Shown in pieces: positions 7,490 to 15,317 of a DNA stretch of 27,798 nucleotides. The position numbers and the translations under genes are program-made. The DNA is from a virus (lineage: Duplodnaviria > Caudoviricetes), in IMG/VR virus record IMGVR_UViG_3300026260_000024, positions 1-27,798 of that record; one strand, 5' to 3'. The notes below the pieces were generated by a model, which made no database searches, was not told the DNA's origin, and saw nothing but the letters and a program-made list of their open reading frames with translations. Positions within the stretch are counted from its first letter, which is position 1. Each line of letters starts with the position of its first letter.

Positions 7490-7720
7490 TTACACACCCG
7501 CGAGGTTTACCAAGACACCCGCGAAAATCATTCCCGCCAAGAATCCGAACATCGCGCCCGTGAGTAGGCCTTCTTTAAAGGTTGCGCTTCGTTCTGCTTT
7601 CTCCTCCTCCATCTCTGCGAGGATTTCGTTTAAGTCGTTTCTCAGCTTTTTAGTTCTGAATGGGCTAGTGTTTTGCAATGCGAGTGTGTTCGCTTTTTTG
7701 AGTAGTTGAGTATTTTTCAT
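7490..7720 (-). CDS. Small protein with C-terminal transmembrane helix
   Basis: GLLTGAMFGFLAGMIFAGVLVNLAGV hydrophobic Gly-rich tail. Confidence 0.8.
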   Translation of the reverse strand: MKNTQLLKKANTLALQNTSPFRTKKLRNDLNEILAEMEEEKAERSATFKEGLLTGAMFGFLAGMIFAGVLVNLAGV

Positions 7721-7775
7721 TTCAGGGTCGAATTTTAGGTTTTAGAGTTGGGAGGGCTTTCGCCCTCCCGTTATG

Positions 7776-7826
7776 TTATGCTCTAGTGATTACCGCATAA
7801 ACTGCGATAAAAATCAGAATATCCAT
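7776..7826 (-). CDS. Putative 16-aa hydrophobic micropeptide MDILIFIAVYAVITRA
   Basis: TAATG overlap with the stop of 7826..8440; ends just before the hairpin at 7750-7770. Confidence 0.45.
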   Translation of the reverse strand: MDILIFIAVYAVITRA

Positions 7827-8440
7827 TATTGATTTTCTCCTAATAGTGCGTCGATGAGTGCTGCGCTTTCTAGTACATTGTCACGCTGCTCTACCGTGAG
7901 GCGAAAACCGTTCGCTGCCAGCGTTTCGATGTTCGCTAGTTTATAGTCGCGCACAAAAACCTCGTTAGTGAGTTCCTCTTGTGTGCTGCTTTTGGCTTTC
8001 TGGTCTGCTTTGTGGTCGATCAGATCGCGAATGTTTTCAGGGTCAATATTCACGCCGTGCTCACTGATGTATTCAGTGGATTGAACGCGCATCGGTGCAG
8101 CTTCGACGTATAACGCGCCGTTATGCTCTACCAAGCACGTTCCGTCGATGCGTTCGCCCCACATCCGAGATTGCACCTCAAACTCAATTTCTTTGCCCTC
8201 GCGTTTCGCTGCGCGGTCTAATCTGCTCGCGTAGCTCCAGCCAATAATGGCTTGCAGCTTCTGGCGTTTCATAATCGCGCCATGTTCGTGCTTCGTGCGC
8301 TTGCCGTCGATGTCTCGCGTCTTGCGTAGTCCTGCGCTGATCAAAACTTGCATCGTGATTATTTGGCATCCCTTAATTCCGCGCAATACGGTTTCGATGT
8401 CGTTCGCGCCCTTCGTGATTGTGTATTGTGTGTGTTTCAT
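7826..8440 (-). CDS. Hypothetical phage protein (204 aa), paralogue of 4381..4992
   Basis: Long ORF; promoter TTGGCT(8506-8501)-17-TATAAA(8483-8478); SD-like GAGGTGA in the leader. Confidence 0.85.
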   Translation of the reverse strand: MKHTQYTITKGANDIETVLRGIKGCQIITMQVLISAGLRKTRDIDGKRTKHEHGAIMKRQKLQAIIGWSYASRLDRAAKREGKEIEFEVQSRMWGERIDGTCLVEHNGALYVEAAPMRVQSTEYISEHGVNIDPENIRDLIDHKADQKAKSSTQEELTNEVFVRDYKLANIETLAANGFRLTVEQRDNVLESAALIDALLGENQ

Positions 8441-8567
8441 ATTTTTGGTTCCTGTCTCACCTCGCGGCGATGGTTATTTTATACCAAAAAAAATCGCCTG
8501 AGCCAAGATATATTTTGAATTAATTTCGTAATCTCACTCAGAAATTTTCTAGTCTGTCAAATAATAC

Positions 8568-8631
8568 TTACCCCCCCAGTTACTCGAAAATTGTGAATAA
8601 CCTGTGTATAACTTTTGGCGGCGGGGGGTAA
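8568..8631. promoter_or_regulatory. Tandem DnaA boxes flanked by an inverted repeat
   Basis: Minus-strand TTATTCACA (8592-8600) and TTATACACA (8603-8611), 2 bp apart, between TTACCCCCC (8568-8576) and GGGGGGTAA (8623-8631). Confidence 0.7.
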
Positions 8632-8790
8632 AAAAGACTCTCCCCGAAACCCCATAGGTTTTCTCATATACCGTTTCTCATATAGCCCCCGATTTCAAAA
8701 TCATTTAAATTTAAAACGAGTTCTAACAAAGCCAAAAAATCCCCGGAGGTAAAAATCCGGGGGGGGTCTTTTGATTTATTGCTTTTTAAT

Positions 8791-9537
8791 TTACTGCCAG
8801 ACTTGGCCGTTGAGGTGTTTTACCACCGGAGGATCAGATCTATCGCCGTATAAATGTATTACAGGGTCAAGTGTTTTTGCTTTTATGGATCTATTTATGG
8901 GGCCTTCTATGAAACCACCCCATTCTCCCCACCAATCGGGGATTATAGAACCAAAATCTTTATATTTTGAATTCCATATTTCTTTTGATGTTATAAAAGG
9001 GTTATTACTATACAAAGATGTCCTTAAACCCTTCTCGTCATGCCACATTAACTCGTTTTCATTTCTGGGTTCATTGGGATGTTGGTTGAAACGGAGCATT
9101 TCAATGTCTCGATCCCATATTTTTAGATCCTCTTGATTAATTTTGTCTGCGAAAATCCAATCATGCTCCCATACCATGAAGTAATCAGTCTTACATCTGT
9201 CTATTAAGTTGTAAAAATTATCTGTGGCACTCTTTGTAGTCATCACTCTATCACTATGCTTGAAATCCACATGAGTAATTTCGATGTTTTTGTTATTTTT
9301 TGCGTAAAACTCTAGATTTTTAAGGTAGTCAATAGATAAACCGACATCTGGCTTATGGTCTAACCCAATAATGAACTCTAAAGGTATATCTGTGATGTGC
9401 TCTTTAACGTTTTCCACTACTAACTCTATCAACTTGGTTGACGGGGCCGAAGCATTCTGTTGGGGCACGTCCTTAAAGGGACCAATGATCTCTACTTTGA
9501 AGGCGTGAGTGGGTATTAGTACGGTCAATCGCGACAT
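8791..9537 (-). CDS. GT-A fold glycosyltransferase-like protein
   Basis: LTVLIPT start and TDYFMVWEHDW (DxD-equivalent); operon context. Confidence 0.65.
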   Translation of the reverse strand: MSRLTVLIPTHAFKVEIIGPFKDVPQQNASAPSTKLIELVVENVKEHITDIPLEFIIGLDHKPDVGLSIDYLKNLEFYAKNNKNIEITHVDFKHSDRVMTTKSATDNFYNLIDRCKTDYFMVWEHDWIFADKINQEDLKIWDRDIEMLRFNQHPNEPRNENELMWHDEKGLRTSLYSNNPFITSKEIWNSKYKDFGSIIPDWWGEWGGFIEGPINRSIKAKTLDPVIHLYGDRSDPPVVKHLNGQVWQ

Positions 9538-10259
9538 TAGCTTTTTAATATTGGTTTTAACTTATCAATTAGCATTTGCATTTTGCCAGTACCCTTAAAG
9601 GCGTTAAACATATACTCATCTGATTTGTATAATTCTTGTGATGATGTGTAATTTTCGTCTTTTTCGACGTTAGAATCATAAGCTGGATGTAAATGAGTCG
9701 TTTTCACTTCGTCAGCCCTACGAATTACCCCCAATTGATTGCCTAACTCAAGCCAAAACAAGTCCACATACATATGATCGAGGCATGGGAGGCACAAAAA
9801 CCCTGTCGCAGCTGCAATTTTGTTGGATACAGTCCAATGATTTGGCAAATCTAGCCTTTGTCCATCATTTGGGTAAACAATGTGGAAAGGATTTCCGTTA
9901 CAGGCTTGCATAAGCTTTAAATCCCAATCATCGGTATCAAATATTACATCGTCACCATAGAAAGAAAAGTGCGTAGATTGTTTTTCGGGATTATTGTAGT
10001 AAGCATAAGTCATATAGTTTAAACAGTTCATCCATCCAAAATTAATTTTAGATGATAACCTTTGCCTGAAAGGCGTGACGAACGTCACTACTTTATTTTC
10101 GGTGCATATTTCAATATTCTCATCGAACGTAGGATCAACTCTATCCAAAACAACAAACAGCTGAGAATGGTTACAAGTATTGTTAAAGCTATCACAAAAT
10201 CTTTTGAGAGATTTGGGGCGATTATAAGTTGGTAGTATTACTGCGTTTTTCATTTCCAA
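9537..10259 (-). CDS. Glycosyltransferase family 2-like protein
   Basis: VILPTYNRP N-terminus, FYGDDVIF, and H.H motif near the C-terminus. Confidence 0.8.
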   Translation of the reverse strand: MEMKNAVILPTYNRPKSLKRFCDSFNNTCNHSQLFVVLDRVDPTFDENIEICTENKVVTFVTPFRQRLSSKINFGWMNCLNYMTYAYYNNPEKQSTHFSFYGDDVIFDTDDWDLKLMQACNGNPFHIVYPNDGQRLDLPNHWTVSNKIAAATGFLCLPCLDHMYVDLFWLELGNQLGVIRRADEVKTTHLHPAYDSNVEKDENYTSSQELYKSDEYMFNAFKGTGKMQMLIDKLKPILKS

Positions 10260-11251
10260 TAGGAGTATATATCTTTTGTTAATTCGTATTCGAGATCTTT
10301 TACTTCTCTGTTAGGTTGTTTCATTGCCCAGATAAACATTTCTTCAACAAGGAGTTCTAAATTTGTTTCATCTTTAAATTTGAGGAGCTCTTTAGCCTTG
10401 GAGTGGTCGCAATAAGCATGTTTGACCTCGTGTCTTGGCTCTACATGCTCTATTTGGGCATTGTAGCTGTGTTTCGATGCTACTTTTTGCACAATTGATG
10501 CAACTTCATTAATAGACCAATATTTATCCGCCCCGATGTTGAAGGTTTCTCCATTGTGTCCATCTATGAGTTTTTCAAATGGCTCCATGTAATAAGAAAT
10601 ATCAGAAAATGCGCGGGTTTGATCTCCGTCACCGTAGACTCTTATCGATTCGTTGTTCAATGCCCTTCTGATGAAGATTCCTATCACATTTCTATACCTA
10701 TCCCAAATATTTTGATAAGTGCCTAATACATTATGAGGTCTTACTATATTATATTGTAATTTAAATTGTTCGTGTGCTTGCTTTAGGTCCATCTCTACGG
10801 CGTATTTAGCAATTCCGTAAGGATCTATAGGGTCTGGCCTCATATCTTCCCTGAAAGGGGGTGCTTGTTGACCGTAGACGGCCATAGAAGATGTGAAAAT
10901 TAACTTACAATCATATTCAACACATGCGTTTATTAAATTTACAGAAGATAGAACATTATTTACATAATTGTAGTTTCTAATGAACGGAGATAAGCCCTCT
11001 GCTGCGTAAGCGGCGAAGTGATATGCCACTTCGGGTTTGAATTGCTGAAAAGTATGATTTATTAATTTGCGAGAATCAGTATCCGCCCCCAAGTCGTACT
11101 TAAAAAAGCTGAATTTTTCATTTTTTGGCAAAAAATCCTTATATCCACCAGAAAGATTGTCTACCCCTACTACGGTATGCCCCTTTTTGAGTAGGTGACG
11201 TGCAAAGTGGCAGCCTAGCAGCCCTGCTACTCCTGTTAGAATTATTTTCAT
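10250..11251 (-). CDS. NAD-dependent nucleotide-sugar epimerase/dehydratase (extended SDR)
   Basis: TGVAGLLG Rossmann motif, SSMAVYG, YGIAK (YxxxK), GDGDQTRAF. Confidence 0.92.
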   Translation of the reverse strand: MKIILTGVAGLLGCHFARHLLKKGHTVVGVDNLSGGYKDFLPKNEKFSFFKYDLGADTDSRKLINHTFQQFKPEVAYHFAAYAAEGLSPFIRNYNYVNNVLSSVNLINACVEYDCKLIFTSSMAVYGQQAPPFREDMRPDPIDPYGIAKYAVEMDLKQAHEQFKLQYNIVRPHNVLGTYQNIWDRYRNVIGIFIRRALNNESIRVYGDGDQTRAFSDISYYMEPFEKLIDGHNGETFNIGADKYWSINEVASIVQKVASKHSYNAQIEHVEPRHEVKHAYCDHSKAKELLKFKDETNLELLVEEMFIWAMKQPNREVKDLEYELTKDIYSYWK

Positions 11252-12114
11252 CTTTTGAGAACTTCTAGTATCTGATCTATGCGATTACTGACTAGATGTT
11301 TTTCTTTTATCTTCTTATAAATGTTATTTGCTAAATGATTTCTGTAATCATCATCATTATACAGCCTTCTCATCTTTTCGAAAGCCTCTGCTTCATCAGA
11401 GAAGTAACATATGTCTTCATCATCTTTGAAAAGGTCATATATTCCAGTATCTGGTGATATTCTATTTGTAATTATTGCATTGCCACACCCCCCAGCTTCA
11501 AATATCCTTCTGGTTACCTCATCAAACCTAGCAAACTGATAAGTGAACGTACCTGAGTTATAAAACTCAGTGTTTTCATAATCACTTACTTTTTTATTTA
11601 CGAATTTATCTCCGAAAGATCTGGAAAACCCGTGGAGTAAAGGCCTTTGGCCTATGCAAGACGTTACGCAGATATTTTCCTTTTTAGAATTTGTTTTATG
11701 AAAAATTTCATCATCGCACCAGTGAGTCATCCAATGTGATGGGAGATTTCTCCCAAGGTAATGGTTGTGACACCTGAGATCCGGTGTGAAGAATGCATCA
11801 ACATGATTTATTCTTTGCTGGTTATGGGTATAGGTTTGCGGCTCATCTCCAAGCTCTAGGTATACGGGAGTTTTGGTTTTAGATTTTAATTCTCTTAAAT
11901 TTTCGTCAAATGATGGAGATGGGCCACACCAACAGAAAAAGATTAAATCATACCCGTCTGAATTATTTTCTATTTCAGAGAAATCACATGCTTTTGGGTC
12001 CAAATAGTAATGGTCAACATCGTGACCTTTCTTACGAAAAGCTTTCGATAAGCCTATAGGGGTAGACCATTTCGCAGTCCTGTTACCCTCGGATGCTACA
12101 AGTGAGATTCTCAT
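11248..12114 (-). CDS. GT-B glycosyltransferase (CgeB / Glyco_trans_1_2-like)
   Basis: RRIFEAGGCG..IIT motif and C-terminal 'LANN...H...RI.QIL'. Confidence 0.75.
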   Translation of the reverse strand: MRISLVASEGNRTAKWSTPIGLSKAFRKKGHDVDHYYLDPKACDFSEIENNSDGYDLIFFCWCGPSPSFDENLRELKSKTKTPVYLELGDEPQTYTHNQQRINHVDAFFTPDLRCHNHYLGRNLPSHWMTHWCDDEIFHKTNSKKENICVTSCIGQRPLLHGFSRSFGDKFVNKKVSDYENTEFYNSGTFTYQFARFDEVTRRIFEAGGCGNAIITNRISPDTGIYDLFKDDEDICYFSDEAEAFEKMRRLYNDDDYRNHLANNIYKKIKEKHLVSNRIDQILEVLKR

Positions 12115-12149
12115 TAAAAGCCCCAGAAAACTAGATTAAACCAAATTAA

Positions 12150-12155
12150 GTGTAA
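12150..12155 (+). promoter_or_regulatory. GTGTAA start-associated motif (putative phage sigma promoter), first of 7 copies
   Basis: Also at 14117, 16622-16617 (minus), 21638, 24907, 26180 and 27722, each shortly upstream of a start codon. Confidence 0.65.
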
Positions 12156-12163
12156 AGAATAAA

Positions 12164-12436
12164 ATGAACAGGTATATCATATTCTTATCTTTGATTGTTG
12201 TTCTTCTAACATCTTGTTCCGTATTGAAAAAAGTGACGGACACCATTGGGATTACTGATTCAGAGCCCAAAGTCGAAAAAAACGAAAGAAAACCAAATGG
12301 TATACGAATTATTCCCAAATCCTTAAGTGAAGACGAACAAGGTAGTGTGCCGAACCTTATGGTTTATTGCATCGTAGCTATAATTGTACTGATTGTATTA
12401 ATTGCCGTTAGGAAATTCCTACTCTTCATGAGATGA
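12164..12436 (+). CDS. Small lipoprotein with C-terminal transmembrane helix
   Basis: Signal peptide with lipobox LTSC; C-terminal LMVYCIVAIIVLIVLIAV followed by RK. Confidence 0.75.
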   Translation: MNRYIIFLSLIVVLLTSCSVLKKVTDTIGITDSEPKVEKNERKPNGIRIIPKSLSEDEQGSVPNLMVYCIVAIIVLIVLIAVRKFLLFMR

Positions 12437-12458
12437 CGCGGAGGAGTTAAAAACGAAG

Positions 12459-14126
12459 ATGAACAAAGAAGAAACGCCACCGAACGATGAAGGGTTTTTT
12501 GTCATACGCGACTTTCCTAAAAAAGAACCCAAAAAATACCACAAAATAGAAAGCTTTTGTTTCGTTGTCACAGAAAACATAAAAGAAGAAGCGGAGCTTT
12601 TATTGAGTAGCTTAAGAGAGTTCCACGACCAACCCGTTTATATAATATGCGACAAAGAAAGCAGGAAACATATTGTTAGACAAGGGCTGTCTGATAATGT
12701 GGTATTCAGAAACCAAGCGGAACAAGAGCTCTTAGATAAAATAAACGAAAGAGTATTTAAAAATCACAGCTGTATAGCAAACAACATACACAACGCTCCT
12801 TGCATATTGAAGAAGATGGATATCATGGACTTTGCGCTTAAGCACCACAGCAATACGTTTTTTCTAGACGCTGATATTATTGTTTTGGATAACCTGCAAG
12901 AATATTTTGTTACCCCCATAGCGCTGTCTCCTCATTACTACCCAAAAGAAAAAAAGAGCAAAGGGTTTGAGTTCGGATTTTACAACGCGGGTTATGTATT
13001 TTGCGCTAATAAAGGATTCCCTAGGTTTTGGAAGCATATGTATTTAAATGACTCTATATTCTTTGAGCAAGAGTGCATGAACAGGATATCGGGCCATTAT
13101 AATATTCAAACATTTGGTAAAGAGCATAACGTGGGATTTTGGAGGGGAGAAGAACTACCGGAAAAAGCAAAGTCTGTTCACGCTCATATAACTCAGGGGG
13201 TAGATAAAAATAGAAGCGAGAAAATTATAAACGCGAACTCAGAAATTAAAGACTACGCTCTTGCCCAAGCCGTAAATCGTAAACTCAAAATACACAATTA
13301 CATTAGAAAATATCACAACCCATTGGCCGCGAAAAAACTGGCGTTTATTCACTTTGGCAAAACGGGAGGTGTATACGTTAACCATTATTTAAGGGAAGAC
13401 GTCATACCCATCGCGCAGCATTTTAACTCTTGGTGGGATATGAAAACAGGCAAGAGAAGCCTCCAGAGGGACTGGACAAAAGAAGAGTTGCTCGAAATAG
13501 CCGAGAAAGATGTAGGTATAGCTCTCGCTCACAATCACCAATTAGGATGGTGTAAGGAAACCGTGCAAGCCTTTAAAAATAACGGTTGGTTAACGTTCAT
13601 GTTTTTGAGAGATCCTAAGAACCTAATGTGCTCATTGTACTTTTGGGCGCAAAAACAAAACAGAAAATGGCGACCAGCACTTCCATTAAAAAAACCTTAC
13701 GTGGGTTTTGGGCGCTGGGACTCTAAGGAGTTAACCGAAAAAGATAAAAAAATTATCAATAGATTAGCTAACCCCTTGTCTGATGAGTTTGTAAGTATAT
13801 CTGGCCAAACTGACCCTGAGAGCGTAACGTTAGATGACTTTATTAAGTTCTTAGTGACAAGTGAAGAAGCCGAAGCCCTTTGGGTGCTGCCAGATTATAC
13901 AGACGACGTTGAATATGTTGCCGAAATGAATGATAAAAACTTTGGAGATTTTTTGTCCAAATATTTTTCACACAACTACAAACCTAAAGAAAAAAGAAAT
14001 GTCAGCAAAAATAAAGGATACAAATACTATTGCGATAACGGCGAAATCTCGATAGAAACCCAAAAGTTAATTGAGTCTCATCCAGAATATAAAAAATATT
14101 CAAAACATATAAATGAGTGTAAATAA
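12459..14126 (+). CDS. Glycosyltransferase (GT-A, GT8-like) fused to a sulfotransferase-family domain
   Basis: FFLDADIIV and YNAGYV in the N-terminal half; AFIHFGKTGG (5'-PSB-like) and FLRDP...S (3'-PB-like) in the C-terminal half. Confidence 0.7.
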   Translation: MNKEETPPNDEGFFVIRDFPKKEPKKYHKIESFCFVVTENIKEEAELLLSSLREFHDQPVYIICDKESRKHIVRQGLSDNVVFRNQAEQELLDKINERVFKNHSCIANNIHNAPCILKKMDIMDFALKHHSNTFFLDADIIVLDNLQEYFVTPIALSPHYYPKEKKSKGFEFGFYNAGYVFCANKGFPRFWKHMYLNDSIFFEQECMNRISGHYNIQTFGKEHNVGFWRGEELPEKAKSVHAHITQGVDKNRSEKIINANSEIKDYALAQAVNRKLKIHNYIRKYHNPLAAKKLAFIHFGKTGGVYVNHYLREDVIPIAQHFNSWWDMKTGKRSLQRDWTKEELLEIAEKDVGIALAHNHQLGWCKETVQAFKNNGWLTFMFLRDPKNLMCSLYFWAQKQNRKWRPALPLKKPYVGFGRWDSKELTEKDKKIINRLANPLSDEFVSISGQTDPESVTLDDFIKFLVTSEEAEALWVLPDYTDDVEYVAEMNDKNFGDFLSKYFSHNYKPKEKRNVSKNKGYKYYCDNGEISIETQKLIESHPEYKKYSKHINECK

Positions 14127-14134
14127 GATTAAGT

Positions 14135-14920
14135 ATGGCAAGAAAAACTAGCTCACCGAAGCACCCTTCTAAGGCTAATCTTAAGGCTCAAGCTCGAAAG
14201 GAAATTCAAGACTCTCTCGCCCCAGTGCCTGTTGAAAATCCTATAAAAAGGCAAATCAAGGTAAAGTCTTTCCCTTGGACAGAGAATCAAAAGAGCTTTT
14301 TTAGAGTAGCCCTTCATCCTGACACGAGGATAATGTTCGTTAATGGCCCCGCAGGGACATCTAAAACGTTATTGGCTGTATACTGTGGTCTGCAACTTCT
14401 AAATATGAAAGCCATCTCAGATATAATGTATCTGAGGTCAGCGGTAGAAAGCAGCGAAGCTAAACTGGGATTTCTTCCCGGAAGCGCAGAAGATAAACTG
14501 CGTTTCTATAATTTACCTTTTCTCGACAAGCTAGATGAATTGTTAGCATCGACGAGAGCAGAAAAGCTTGAGTCGGAAGGTAGAATCTCAATGTTCCCTG
14601 TTAATTTTGCTAGAGGGCTCCATTGGGATGCAAAGTGCATCATTTTGGATGAAGCGCAAAATTCTACTGCTAAAGAAATTACAACTGTTTTGACCAGAAT
14701 GGGTAAACACAGTAAGTGCTTTGTTTTAGCTGATCCAATGCAAACCGATTTGAGACATCAAGACCAGCGCGGAGCCTTCGAATCAATGACGCAAATTTTT
14801 TCCGATCAAGAGAGTCAAGAGATGGGAATACATACTTTTACTTTCGATGAGGATGATATCATGAGGTCAGAGCTAGTTAAGTATCTGACTAAGAAACTAA
14901 GAAGCCAAAATGGCAAATGA
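14135..14920 (+). CDS. phoH: PhoH-family ATPase
   Basis: GPAGTSKT, LGFLPG...K, RG, IILDEAQN, LTRMG, D..QTD, DIMRS motifs. Confidence 0.92.
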   Translation: MARKTSSPKHPSKANLKAQARKEIQDSLAPVPVENPIKRQIKVKSFPWTENQKSFFRVALHPDTRIMFVNGPAGTSKTLLAVYCGLQLLNMKAISDIMYLRSAVESSEAKLGFLPGSAEDKLRFYNLPFLDKLDELLASTRAEKLESEGRISMFPVNFARGLHWDAKCIILDEAQNSTAKEITTVLTRMGKHSKCFVLADPMQTDLRHQDQRGAFESMTQIFSDQESQEMGIHTFTFDEDDIMRSELVKYLTKKLRSQNGK

Positions 14921-15089
14921 AGTGAAAAACGATACAGGGCAATGGGTGGTGGTTATTTACTCCAAAGGGGAGAAAATCACATCTAGAGTATTTAAAGAGA
15001 GCTCGGAAGAAGAAGCAAGAGCCAAAGCGACTGAATGGGTCCACAGATGGGGAGAAAAAGTAGACTGGTCGCTTCATCATGTAGTTTAA
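14910..15089 (+). CDS. Small hypothetical protein (59 aa, not in the ORF track)
   Basis: MANEVKNDTGQWVVVIYSKGEKITSRVFKESSEEEARAKATEWVHRWGEKVDWSLHHVV; overlaps the phoH end and the next ATG (TAATG). Confidence 0.65.
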   Translation: MANEVKNDTGQWVVVIYSKGEKITSRVFKESSEEEARAKATEWVHRWGEKVDWSLHHVV

Positions 15090-15274
15090 TGGTTAAGGTA
15101 AACGTACAATACGAAAATGGAGATCAAGACGTAGTTAGAATGAGCAACAAACAAGCGGAAACTGAATTGCAGTCTTTCCTCAGTAGGTATCCAGACGCCA
15201 GCAAAAAAGAATGGACGAAAAAGATAAAAGGCGTGGAAGATAGCGGTTGGACAAAAAAAGATTACGATTGTTAA
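15089..15274 (+). CDS. Small hypothetical protein (61 aa); start reassigned to ATG 15089
   Basis: TAATG coupling with 14910..15089. Confidence 0.65.
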   Translation: MVKVNVQYENGDQDVVRMSNKQAETELQSFLSRYPDASKKEWTKKIKGVEDSGWTKKDYDC

Positions 15275-15317
15275 GGCTTTTATTGAAAATGAGCGTTCTT
15301 GGATGTAGTATGGGGGC

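Larger units (their letters stand above)
1..8870 (+). repeat. Dispersed strand-polarised octamer AGGGTCRA (usually TTYAGGGTCRAA), 32 plus-strand copies
   Basis: Exact copies start at 30, 47, 117, 321, 611, 742, 1153, 1273, 1395, 1760, 2164, 2215, 2231, 2249, 2762, 3161, 3182, 3396, 3592, 3964, 4278, 4288, 4306, 4561, 5090, 5100, 5817, 6638, 7435, 7724, 8039 and 8863. Only 3 minus-strand copies were seen (5806, 6627, 7424), all inside palindromes. Counted by eye. Confidence 0.95.

Noticed and set aside
171-8440. Recurring 'DPE' peptide as a shared protein motif
   Set aside because: Better explained by the DNA octamer, which also occurs in another reading frame and in non-coding DNA
41-8501. 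Plus-strand and spacer-spanning ORFs in the track (e.g. 74..367, 1986..2312, 2714..3052, 4176..4439, 5799..6095, 7369..7563)
   Set aside because: They are antisense shadows of better-supported genes or run through repeats and terminators; shared peptides such as GSKTYSGS and GFDPRRVK merely translate the DNA repeats
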